From assembly GCA_019058245.1 (NCBI GenBank), contig JAHPZJ010000003.1:1-41960 (forward strand): 41,960 nucleotides of DNA, in the 5' to 3' direction. The position numbers were made by a program, and so were the translations under genes. This DNA comes from Promethearchaeota archaeon. GTDB lineage: Archaea > Asgardarchaeota > Lokiarchaeia > Sigyniarchaeales > SOKP01. This document shows, in pieces, positions 30,478 through 40,800 of this stretch. Positions within the stretch are counted from its first letter, which is position 1. Each line of letters begins with the position of its first letter. Below the pieces are notes generated by a model. It did not search any database. It was not told the origin of the DNA and saw nothing but the letters and a program-made list of their open reading frames with translations.

Positions 30478-31080
30478 TTATTCTATTATTTTAGGTTGAT
30501 GTTTTTTATTTATATATATAACCATTCCTGCAAAAATTAGCGAAATCACTATGATGTAAATAATCATAGTCCATATTCCTAGACCATTAGATAAATTTAA
30601 GTATATATAAAATTCCTCGGATTTTCCTAAATTTTTAGTCAGAGAAGAATCATTAGCCCAGATTTGAATTATATATTCCTCCCAATTCTGATATGCACTA
30701 ATATTATTCCAATTATAACTCCATTGAATTTCATTTTCCTTATCCATGCTAGCATTAAATAACAAGTTCGTTAGATTTGATATTCGGATAATAACATCAC
30801 CGTTTAAAGGAGGATTTTCATCACTTATATTAACTATTATATTAAATTGCCTTGTAGTTATTGTCGTATAATTCTCAAGTGGTTGGATAAAAATAATGAC
30901 TGGAGCTGTAGTATCTTCAGCTGATCCTTGAGCTACCACTAAAATCCCATTATTAATGAGACTATTATTATATTCAGTGAAATTCCATGAATTAAAACAA
31001 CCATGAAAACTAAGAAATGTTATAAAAATTATGGAAAAAATGATATTTTTAGATATAATGGTTTTTTTTTGCCACTTCAA
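30478..31080 (-). CDS. cell-surface Ig-like protein with signal sequence and C-terminal TM anchor
   Basis: DTTAPVI..P, IQIWANDSS, many N-x-S/T sequons, TM helix followed by KK. Confidence 0.75.
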   Translation of the reverse strand: MKWQKKTIISKNIIFSIIFITFLSFHGCFNSWNFTEYNNSLINNGILVVAQGSAEDTTAPVIIFIQPLENYTTITTRQFNIIVNISDENPPLNGDVIIRISNLTNLLFNASMDKENEIQWSYNWNNISAYQNWEEYIIQIWANDSSLTKNLGKSEEFYIYLNLSNGLGIWTMIIYIIVISLIFAGMVIYINKKHQPKIIE

Positions 31081-31260
31081 TGCTATTTTTCAGGCTAATA
31101 TTTCTTTTTGTTCTATTAAAGTAGAATTAATTATATTTGAAATATAAATTTAAGTAAAGAAATGCCTTCATTTCTAAAAATCTCATTGACTTGTTGAATT
31201 AAAAAATACAGTGCATCAAAAAGAATAAAAAAAAGAAATAAGATTTAATTGGTAATATGT

Positions 31261-32682
31261 TTATTTTTTTGGCAAATGACCTATCTCTTCTCTAATAGAT
31301 AAAGTTAAAAAGTCTTTTTCCGTAGGCTTATTTAAGATCTCTAAAAGATTATATTCTGTGATCATTTGAAGGATTCCCAGAACTTTCATACCGTGCTCGT
31401 ACATCTCATTCGCATCAGATAAATTCCTCCAACAGAATGGACACTCAGTTGTAAGAATATCCGCTCCAACAGCATTCGCTTCATCACATCGTAAACTTGC
31501 TGTTCTAAGTGAGAATTCAGGATATCCTGCCCTTACACCACCACCTGCTCCGCAACACATACTATCAATTTTTATTCTGTACATTTCTTTGAATACTAAG
31601 CCCACGTCCTCTTCAAGTTTTCTAAGAATGATACGTGGAACTTCATACCACGCTTCGATTGCTTTATCAATTGCTCGATGGTCTACTATAAGATTCGTTG
31701 ATTCCTTTATCATTTCTTGCTCCATATCAATAGCAAAATGTCTGCCTGTATGACAAGGATCATGATAGGTAACTACTTTTCCTTTCAATTCTTTGTTTGG
31801 TTTGAATTTAATTTTCTCTTGTTGCACTAATCTTGCAACAAGTTCAAAAGCATGTTGTGTTTTAAATGGAAGCTTCTCACCCTCAGCCATCCATTTTGGA
31901 TAATCAATAGTAAAAGTTCTATAACAACCAGCGCAACTAAAATAGACCATTTCGACATTCTTGAAAGCTTCGAGATTTTTTCTCATTAATTCCTGTGCGG
32001 TATCAACTGCCCCAATTCTAAAGAAAGGACTTCCGCAACATACTTCATCATCAACTAAGGTAAAATTCATACCTAATAGCTCAAATAATTTAGCTGTTGC
32101 TATAGCTACTTCTACTTGACGATAACTAGCTGTACATCCTACATAATAAGCAATTTTTGCACCTTTATTGTCAATAAATTTTTCTAGTCCAGCATCCTTC
32201 GCCCATTTGAATCTTTCAGCCGCTTTTCCACCATATGGATTATTTCTTTCTTTAACTAATTTATCCACTACTTCATGTTTATCTATCATTGGTATACCAG
32301 CTTCTAAACATGCTGCTCTCAATGATTCAATGATATCAACAGTAGGAACCTTATTTTCACATTGTGCTGAGCATTGACCACATGTTATACAGGGTAAAAA
32401 TACATCTCGCACTTCCTCACTAAATTCTAAATCACCACTTAAAATCGAACGAGCAATCCACATTTTGCCGGCATTCCAGAAAGCTTCCCATCCATATTCT
32501 ATTCCCGCTGGACAAGCATCAACCATTCCTTCATAAAGAATCGTTCCTTGCTTTCCTGCAAATTCTCCTATTCCATCTTTATCAGGTTCATTTGAATAAG
32601 CAAATCTACATGCTTTACAATGGATACATTTAAAAATCTCTTTTCTTAATTCTTCCAATCTTTCCATTCCTGTTTTTGCCAT
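31261..32682 (-). CDS. Fe-S oxidoreductase (GlcF/HdrD-like, two 4Fe-4S motifs + two CCG domains)
   Basis: CIHCKAC..CP, CITCGQC..C, EVCCG, YHDPCH, CCGAGGG, CPFC. Confidence 0.92.
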   Translation of the reverse strand: MAKTGMERLEELRKEIFKCIHCKACRFAYSNEPDKDGIGEFAGKQGTILYEGMVDACPAGIEYGWEAFWNAGKMWIARSILSGDLEFSEEVRDVFLPCITCGQCSAQCENKVPTVDIIESLRAACLEAGIPMIDKHEVVDKLVKERNNPYGGKAAERFKWAKDAGLEKFIDNKGAKIAYYVGCTASYRQVEVAIATAKLFELLGMNFTLVDDEVCCGSPFFRIGAVDTAQELMRKNLEAFKNVEMVYFSCAGCYRTFTIDYPKWMAEGEKLPFKTQHAFELVARLVQQEKIKFKPNKELKGKVVTYHDPCHTGRHFAIDMEQEMIKESTNLIVDHRAIDKAIEAWYEVPRIILRKLEEDVGLVFKEMYRIKIDSMCCGAGGGVRAGYPEFSLRTASLRCDEANAVGADILTTECPFCWRNLSDANEMYEHGMKVLGILQMITEYNLLEILNKPTEKDFLTLSIREEIGHLPKK

Positions 32683-32703
32683 TTTTCTATCAACCTCCTT
32701 TTT

Positions 32704-34194
32704 TTATGGAAGAGCAAGTCTTCCTGGGTGCATTATCATGTTTGGATCAACAAGCTTTTTAAAAGCCCTAAGATATTTCCAATACATCCCTGCTTGATAA
32801 TAGGCTTGAATGTGAATGTATGGATCTGGTCTGTAGTTAAGCCAGCCCTGTTTAAGGGCATATTCAGTTGTTTCCCGATTTAAGTCTTGAACCCTTTCAA
32901 AATCTGATTGCTTAGTGGAGTCAAAGCCAATTATAGGCATGCATATCGCCTGTCTGCAACGTTCAATACTAGCCACCCAAATTGTTGGGGGAAGACCATG
33001 TTTTTCCGCGGCTTTTGTATACATATCACAAAAGTGGGCGCATTCGTTCCATGGAGTATACCATGTAATAAAGAGAAAACCTGCTTCCCAAAAACTATAT
33101 GGAATTGCAATCTTATTTGGCTTTTTCATTCGACTTGCTATTTGTTTAGGATGTAATTCTTGTTTTTTAAGCGCATCAGGATCTTTTGCTCGTTTTTTAA
33201 AATCTTCTGCTTGTTTGTCTATAGTCTCAATTACATGATTCAATTCACTCTCTTCTTGAGCCCAAATCTCCCAATTCATCCACCATGGTGAGATTCCCAT
33301 TCCCTCATAGAATTCATAATCATGTGGGACCTTATCTTTAGGCCAACGAGTCATAACCAGTTGGTAATTTCCCCCCTGGACCATAACTGTGTGATGAGAT
33401 ATTCCAAACTCTTTTTTACCAACTTCAAGGGTTAAATCTTGCATATCATAAGGATTCGACATACCCCAAACTACTACAGTCTTATGTTTTGGATGGGGAT
33501 AAATTTTCACAGCTGCTTTAGTAATAACACCAAAAGAACCTTGAGAACCCATTAAGAAACTCCACATATCAGGACCTAAACCATATTTATAAAAAGGTTT
33601 AGCAAAAGGAAGTGCCCAAGATCCAGTTCGTACTACATCTCCATTTGGGAACACAATTTCTCCACACATAAAATTATCTCCTTGTGGACCAACTGAAGAG
33701 GTATATAAAGAAAATCCACGATCAATCGCATCTCCCATAACTGTCGCAGCTGGAGGAGCACCATCAGGAATAGGGGGCGCCCAATCGGGGTGATTTTTAT
33801 GCATATAAGCCCAAAGTTCCCCATTGGTCACGCCTGGCTCTATCACACAAAAACGGTTATCCTCATCAATTTCAATAATTCTTTTCATTCTTCCTAAATC
33901 AAGAACAACTCCACCAGGTCTTATTGTAGGACATGCAAATCCTCCAGATAATCCACCGGAAATGGGACTTACAGCAATCTTCTCAGCAGAACAATATATC
34001 AATATTTTGCGTATTTCCTCGACATATTTCGGTCTAACAACGATATCAGGAATTTGAGACTCTAATCCCATGATTGCTTTTGCCAGATAGCCCGCAGTAA
34101 TCGCCTTGTTGTTTGTAGCAAATTCTTTACCGACAATACCAATCATAGCTTCGAAATCTTTTTCCGTACAAAGTTTATAGCTCATAATTTCCAA
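32704..34194 (-). CDS. FAD-binding oxidoreductase (GlcD/VAO-PCMH family), partner of the downstream Fe-S protein
   Basis: PDIVVRP, LDLGRMKRIIEID, IEPGVT, GSQGSFGVIT, DPNMIMHPG. Confidence 0.92.
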   Translation of the reverse strand: MEIMSYKLCTEKDFEAMIGIVGKEFATNNKAITAGYLAKAIMGLESQIPDIVVRPKYVEEIRKILIYCSAEKIAVSPISGGLSGGFACPTIRPGGVVLDLGRMKRIIEIDEDNRFCVIEPGVTNGELWAYMHKNHPDWAPPIPDGAPPAATVMGDAIDRGFSLYTSSVGPQGDNFMCGEIVFPNGDVVRTGSWALPFAKPFYKYGLGPDMWSFLMGSQGSFGVITKAAVKIYPHPKHKTVVVWGMSNPYDMQDLTLEVGKKEFGISHHTVMVQGGNYQLVMTRWPKDKVPHDYEFYEGMGISPWWMNWEIWAQEESELNHVIETIDKQAEDFKKRAKDPDALKKQELHPKQIASRMKKPNKIAIPYSFWEAGFLFITWYTPWNECAHFCDMYTKAAEKHGLPPTIWVASIERCRQAICMPIIGFDSTKQSDFERVQDLNRETTEYALKQGWLNYRPDPYIHIQAYYQAGMYWKYLRAFKKLVDPNMIMHPGRLALP

Positions 34195-34620
34195 CCTATT
34201 AATAATTCTTCTAAATTTAGTTTTTTTATAATTTATAATATAATTTTGGAAAATTAAGTACTGAATTTTAAATTTTCTTATATCTTTTACAAGTAAATAT
34301 AGATTTTTTCTTTTTTTTAGTATGTTGTTATAATTAATTAAAGTGGATTAAACATTCTTTAATGATATAAAGGAGATTTCAATAAATTCAGAACTTTTTT
34401 TCTCTTATTTTGAAATTGTGAAATTCTGATAAATAAGATTCCAATCTTTATTCAATTTTTTTAAAATTAGTTGAAGCTCTTTAATAATTAATCAATATAG
34501 AGTCTAAAATTATCAAATAGATTTTCATTGATATTTATTAAGATTAAATAATTTTTTTGTCCAAATTCATACATGAATATAATGTATCAAAAAATGAACA
34601 CATATGCTTAATTATACTTC

Positions 34621-35181
34621 TTAAACTTCTTGATCTAATTCTATTTGATTATGATGATTATTAGTATTAGAAAATGTTGAACATTTTTTACGCTTACTAT
34701 CCTTTATAATAAATTGTTGAAAAAATTTGTTTTCTTCATTGATTAATTCTCTGAATTCTTCATAAATCTCTTTTAGAGTCATTTTTCTATTATTGATATT
34801 TAGGTTATTTTCCGTAATATTATTTTCATTATGTTTATCACTATTTAAAGGGATATATTTCGTATTATCAGCATCATAAATTATTTTTTCAAAGAGATCG
34901 TCATTTTCTATTTCATATTGACTTAATGCTTTTACACCATTGCTTAATTTTTTAGAATTTTCGTGATTTAATTCTAAATCGACCTTTTGATATCCTCGAA
35001 TTTGAAACTGATTGTCTAGAAAAAATTGAAAGTGGTGAGGGCATATCAGTCCTTTTTGGATTGAAATTGTAGTTAATTGAGATTTTTTATTCAGTTGTGA
35101 TCTAGGGATACCTACTAGATCTCTTGTTTTACAGATTGGACAAATTACTTGAATCTTATTTGTTTTTTTTATATTACTCAT
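34621..35181 (-). CDS. hypothetical zinc-binding protein (CxxC..CxH)
   Basis: CPIC..CPHHFQFFLDNQFQIRGYQKVD, a motif type I associate with lokiarchaeal protein families; ATG 35181 preferred. Confidence 0.65.
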   Translation of the reverse strand: MSNIKKTNKIQVICPICKTRDLVGIPRSQLNKKSQLTTISIQKGLICPHHFQFFLDNQFQIRGYQKVDLELNHENSKKLSNGVKALSQYEIENDDLFEKIIYDADNTKYIPLNSDKHNENNITENNLNINNRKMTLKEIYEEFRELINEENKFFQQFIIKDSKRKKCSTFSNTNNHHNQIELDQEV

Positions 35182-35292
35182 TAGGAACCACAAAATAAAA
35201 TTAATTTCAAGTATTTGATATATCTCTAAATTAGAATATTTAAACTTCTGTAATTCTTAGGTTTTTTCAAAATTAATTGAAAATTTATATAA

Positions 35293-36096
35293 TTATCTTT
35301 TTAGGAACATTTTCGATGAATATCTTATCCCTATGAAAAGAAAGAACAGAGAAAATATCAAAGTTAATGGCAATTGACCTACTATAATATAAGCGAATTG
35401 AGGTTCTGATGAAAAGAAAAACAATGTAATAGAAACTCCTAAAAAAATAAATGAATTAAGAGTAGCAATTTTCCAGTTTGGAGATAAAAAACCAAAAATC
35501 AAATTTGGAGGTAAAAATAAAATAATAATATTTGCTGTCGATAATAAGATTAAAATTGGCATGAATCTTGTGAATAATTGCTCCGCGTTATAGAATCGGT
35601 TTAAATTAAAATATTGAAAAATGAATAAAGTTACATTTATACTCAAAACAATTAAAAGATAAGATAAAGGGCCAACTAATAACCATGACAATAACGTCCT
35701 TATAATTGGTTTTTGCATTACTTTTCCCTTTAAATTATTACTAAATATTACTTCCATCTCATCAGGGAAAATTAATTCAGGATCATATTCGGGTGAATAT
35801 GCGTCGATAAAATCTTGCATCATATTTTTAAGTATCACCGTGATTAAATCATTATTATCACTCGTTCCTGCCACAGCTGCTCCGAGAATTCGTTCTTCTT
35901 CATTAGGAACTAAAATAAGTTTATTATTTTCCCCAAGATCAACGTTTTTAATCACACTTCCAAGAGCTTCTCTACCAAAATTAGCTATTGATGAAAAAAA
36001 TCCTATTAGAATATTTTCATCAAATTTTTTTTCAATAAAATTTTTGGAATATAATAAAATTCCATTTTCGTCCAAAAAATAAACACTTTTTAACAT
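35293..36096 (-). CDS. longin-like domain fused to ~4 TM helices
   Basis: MLKSVYFLDENGILLYSKNF..DENILIGFFSSIANFGRE..VILKNMMQDFIDAY longin pattern; hydrophobic C-terminal half. Confidence 0.75.
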   Translation of the reverse strand: MLKSVYFLDENGILLYSKNFIEKKFDENILIGFFSSIANFGREALGSVIKNVDLGENNKLILVPNEEERILGAAVAGTSDNNDLITVILKNMMQDFIDAYSPEYDPELIFPDEMEVIFSNNLKGKVMQKPIIRTLLSWLLVGPLSYLLIVLSINVTLFIFQYFNLNRFYNAEQLFTRFMPILILLSTANIIILFLPPNLIFGFLSPNWKIATLNSFIFLGVSITLFFFSSEPQFAYIIVGQLPLTLIFSLFFLFIGIRYSSKMFLKR

Positions 36097-36126
36097 TTTA
36101 TTCTTCCATATCATTAATTTTTAATT

Positions 36127-37872
36127 TTATGTGTAACTACTTTCAAAAAATTCTTTATAATCTTCTAAGGATGCTTTATACCTTTTAAAACTGAAAAGAG
36201 AATGACCAAATAATTTTGTTAATCGAATTATCATCTTATTAGGCTCATCTTTTAAAAAAATTTTATATTTTTCATTTTTTCTCTCTTCTTGAATTTTTGC
36301 TATTTCATCAAACTCACGTAGTTTTTCAATCAATGATTCATCAGGATTACTTAATTCTATCGTAAGAATTTCTCCTGATTGAGGTAATTCTTCCATTAAT
36401 TTGTTGAAAGTTCCAATTTTTGATGCGTTTTTACTAATAGTTAATATTTGATCACATTTAGAAACTATACCCTCTGGGGCATGAAAGATTAAAATTACAT
36501 TAAATTTCTCTTTAATATTTTGCATATAATTATTAAATTTGTCATATTCCAATCGATCTAATATTTCATAAGGAATAAAGAACATAATTATTGAGGGAAA
36601 TGATACTAAGGATCTAGCAATTGAAAATAAAAGAAAATCCAAATGATTCAACTCGGAACATCGCTTATTCTTCTTATGTAATAATCCAGTCAGCTCTAGA
36701 GCATTCTTAATATAAGTTTTACTGCGAATAAATCTCTTTGAGGGAGCCACAAATATTTCCCTTATAATTTCATCAATTCTAGGAACAAAACCTGCAGTTT
36801 TTAGTAATAATTGCAATTTAGTTTTTCTAATTTTTAAGATTTCTTTAATGTTGATTTTATATTTGATTGCTTTCTTAACCTTCATATTTAATATGTTTGA
36901 TTCATGTGCTTGGGGTAATATCACTATTTTTTCTAATTCCATTTTGTTCAAAAATTGAATTTCTTTTCCAAAAATCTTTATATTACCTGTAAATTCGGAA
37001 AAATTTCCTGAAATACTCCAGAACAAATAGAATAAATCATATTGATGCTCTGTGTCAGATAATTGTTCTTCATCATAGAGTATTCCAATTGATTTTCCTC
37101 TATGAATTCTAAAAGAAATGTTTTGAACACCATTCTCTATAGAGACATTTTCAAGCAATAAGTGTTGTGAATTTGGTCTTAATCTATCTAATTTTAAGCG
37201 CGTTTCTACTATATTACATACTTTTTGGATTAATTGGTAAATATGAGGAGGATTTAGTTCATTCCAATTTTTGATAAGATCCACATTGTTAAACTCCCTT
37301 TCACTTATAATTTTTAAAAGTGTTTTTGAAAAGGAAAAAAATGGTAGAAGAGGGTATTTTTCAAAATTTATTTGTAATTTTATAACAAAATAAGGATAAG
37401 AAATTCTAAATTCTCTATGGTAAGGATTATTATCAATCATATAATTTTCAAATCTATTATCCAATAATTCCACTTCTTTTTCGAGTATCATCATATGATT
37501 TTGAAATTCTTTTCTAATGAGTTTCCTCATACGTTCGATTATTTTTTTAGGACTAACAAGTCCGTCATTATCAAAATCAGGCTCAACAATTAATTCATTA
37601 AAGTCAATTTCATCTATGAGTGGAGTATAAATTTTTAATAAAGGCACTCCCCTATCCTTTACATCCTGATTAGTAAAGAATAATACTTCAATAAATGATT
37701 TCTTATAAATTAAATTTAGAATTGAAGCAATCCCAAAGGTATTTTCTCGATATGTAATCCAAAAACGTTTAGAAAACCTGACGGCATCTAATATTTTTAA
37801 TCTTAGACGTTCTAACTCAATGGTTCTAGGATCCTTGAGCAATTTGATTTTCTTAATTTTAATAGATTTCAT
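36127..37872 (-). CDS. UBC/UEV/RWD-like domain(s) fused to a degenerate ABC ATPase
   Basis: LQINFEKYPLLPFFSF..LIKNWNELNPPHIYQLI E2-fold pattern; ABC scaffold (QNISFRIHRGKSIGIL, ILPQ, SIARSL, LIFH) lacking Walker A, LSGGQ and Walker B DE. Confidence 0.72.
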   Translation of the reverse strand: MKSIKIKKIKLLKDPRTIELERLRLKILDAVRFSKRFWITYRENTFGIASILNLIYKKSFIEVLFFTNQDVKDRGVPLLKIYTPLIDEIDFNELIVEPDFDNDGLVSPKKIIERMRKLIRKEFQNHMMILEKEVELLDNRFENYMIDNNPYHREFRISYPYFVIKLQINFEKYPLLPFFSFSKTLLKIISEREFNNVDLIKNWNELNPPHIYQLIQKVCNIVETRLKLDRLRPNSQHLLLENVSIENGVQNISFRIHRGKSIGILYDEEQLSDTEHQYDLFYLFWSISGNFSEFTGNIKIFGKEIQFLNKMELEKIVILPQAHESNILNMKVKKAIKYKINIKEILKIRKTKLQLLLKTAGFVPRIDEIIREIFVAPSKRFIRSKTYIKNALELTGLLHKKNKRCSELNHLDFLLFSIARSLVSFPSIIMFFIPYEILDRLEYDKFNNYMQNIKEKFNVILIFHAPEGIVSKCDQILTISKNASKIGTFNKLMEELPQSGEILTIELSNPDESLIEKLREFDEIAKIQEERKNEKYKIFLKDEPNKMIIRLTKLFGHSLFSFKRYKASLEDYKEFFESSYT

Positions 37873-40800
37873 TCATTTAGACACCTCCATTGCTTTATAG
37901 CGGAAATATTGCTCCATTTTCGAATCTATTTGTTTTACTTCTTGAATTGAATTTTTTCCTATCTTTTCTTCTATCCTTTCAACTAATGTATCAATATTTA
38001 AATTGGAAAATATAGAATAATTAGTACCTGCTTTATTTTCTAGAACTTTATCAATTCCTTCAATCAATTCGAGTTTTTCAATTGCATTTTCTTTTATATT
38101 CGTAAATTCAACTTCGATTGATCTACCTTTTCCTGGTAAATTTGATAAGAGTTCTTTTGGTTGCCCAAAATCAATCATTCCTCGCTTTCGCCCAAAAATT
38201 GCTATAAGATTACAAAATCTGGATTCTTCTGGATAATGAGTAATTACAACCAAGGTGGTTTTAAATTGCTCATTAATTTTAGTTAAAACTAAAAATAGAT
38301 TTTCACGAACAACGGGGTCTAAACCAGAAGTCGGTTCATCTAAAATTAAAAATATCGGTGAGTGTATTAATCCTATTGCGATGCTAACTCGTCTTTTTTG
38401 TCCTCCAGAAAGATTTTTAACTAATTCATCCATTTTATCTTCAATTTCTAAATTTCGCAAAATTCTTTTAGCCCTACTCATAATTTCCTTTTCTGTTAGC
38501 CCATATTGACCCCCAAAATATAATAAATTATCAAATGTTGTAAAATTTTGATAAATTTTTCCTAAATCTTGAGGAACATAGCCATATATAGGTCTAATCC
38601 TTCTCGAAGTTCTCTTATTCATATTCATTCCATAAATTTGGCAAAATCCTGTGATTTTTCTCATACCCAATAACCCTTTAATAAAGGTTGATTTACCCGC
38701 TCCACTTTCTCCTAAAATACCTAATATTTTTCCATGTTCCACATTCATAGAAACTGAATCAACTATTAATTTTCCTCCAGCGAAAATGCTTAAATTTTCA
38801 CAATTAATAGCAGGAAACTTTTCTAGATATGATTCATTAAGTTTCCCCCCAATTCCTAATAATAATTTAATTCTCTGCGGTATTGAAAGCCTTTTATAAA
38901 GTTTTAACAAGATAAATACTCCAATCCCTGCAGCTTCAATAAGTAGGATATATGTTAATAACAGATTCCAAGGTTTTGAATCAAAGCTCTGATCATATTG
39001 CAATTCATCCACTATAACAATTGCATTAGCTACATTTCTTAAATCACCTCCAAATCCCGGATTGTCACCCACTCCTCCTGTGTTATTACTAACACATTGA
39101 AGATACCAATTTAAAGTAGTTTTTATATTTTCTGGCTGAAATCTGTAATCATAAAGGCCTTTTGATCCAAAATAAGTAATTAAAAAGTTTGATGGTAAGT
39201 CAAGATAAGCCCCAAAAGCGGGTAGAACTAAAAAAGAGCCATCTGAAGTTTGTGAGTTCTTTAAAAACTCAATAGCATCTATTTTAGCTAATGGTTCAGA
39301 ATTTAATAAATCAGTAAAAATTTCCAATCCATAATAAGTAGAAATTACATCACTGTGGAATCCTATGAACAGGGAAAACCCACCATCTGGATTTTGACAT
39401 GATTTCATCCAATGCGTAAGATTTACATGATCAATATTGTTTAATCCGTCAATAAGTTCTAGAGAATACAAAGCCCAATAAGTACTTTCTATTGTTGAGA
39501 TATTTGAATTAATTAAATATAAAATTACTTGGTAGAACGCGCCATACATGTTTAAAACAGCTTCTACATCTTGACCGATGCTAAATCCGCCATCAGGATT
39601 CTGAAGATCAGATAAATAATTTGTTATATTTCCAGTTTGATAATCACTAGGCCACTTATTTGTAAAAGGAAGAAGGTTATCATAGATATTTAATCCACAA
39701 TATGTTGCATATAAAGTGGCATTTTCACCAGGAGAAGAAGAAAATCCACCATTATATGGATTATAACATCTTTCAACAAAGTTTGTTATGTTCTTTAATA
39801 TTTCTTCATTCATAATCTCTTTATTTATAAATTCAGTAAAAATTTTAGGATTATAATTATAAAGGGCTGAGATTCCGTTAAAATTTGCTTCTATTGTAGT
39901 ACCTCCAAATAATGAATTTTGTCCTTGAAAAAAATGAAGCCATTCATAATAATTAAGAGTAGCTTTTCTAATATCAGCAAGGTTACTTTCAGTTAAGGAT
40001 TCTAATTTGAGAATATCAATTGATTTCATAGCAGCCCACCCTGATATAAAATCGGAATTATCATTTGAATTTGGACTTGAACGAAAACCCCCATCTCCAT
40101 TTGAACAATTAAGTATAAAAGATAGAGTTTTTTGTTCGTCAAATAAGAGAGGAGTAGGTAAACCTAATCTTTTTAATGATGATAAAGCGTAATACGTCGA
40201 TTGGACATCAGAAGGTCCACCTAAAATATTAGAAAAGCCATAATCTATAACATTGTATAGCGAACTAAGATAGATATAAATAGCCGACAATTCTGCAGAA
40301 GTATAGGTCATATTCATTCCTAAAAATGCTTGAATTCCGTAATAGGTTGATTCGGCTGTTGCTAAACTTAAAGCATCATTTGTCATTTTATAACTCCCTA
40401 CTAGCCATGTGGAATTAATATATTTTGAAATGTTCTCATTTCTAAGAATGAAATCCCCATTTAAAGTATTAGCTAAATAAATAGCACATGAAGTAGATTT
40501 TAAATCAGTAATATTTAAGAAGGGAATTAACTTAAATCCCCCTTCTTCTTTGTTCAGTGAATTATTTATATAATTTATAATATTGTCTGTCTGATTTTGC
40601 TGAATTTTATTTTGCAAATATGATTGATTTGCAATCTCTAAAGTTTTTATTGCTTGATATGTAGAAATCATATTTCCAAATCCACCTATATCTGAATATG
40701 AACCATCTATATTTTGTTTTTCAAAAATATAATCAAAAAATATATTTGGTTTCTCTGTTTTCACATTTTGGTTTGAAATATTATTTGGATTCACTAATTC

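Noticed and set aside
750-40192. Short antisense/overlapping ORFs (750-1046, 12499-12702, 14932-15123, 16303-16494, 21888-22222, 26222-26440, 28015-28323, 28999-29181, 32168-32377, 32908-34057, 35840-36082, 38255-38899, 40007-40192)
   Set aside because: Shadow ORFs lying within well-supported genes, with no recognisable motifs
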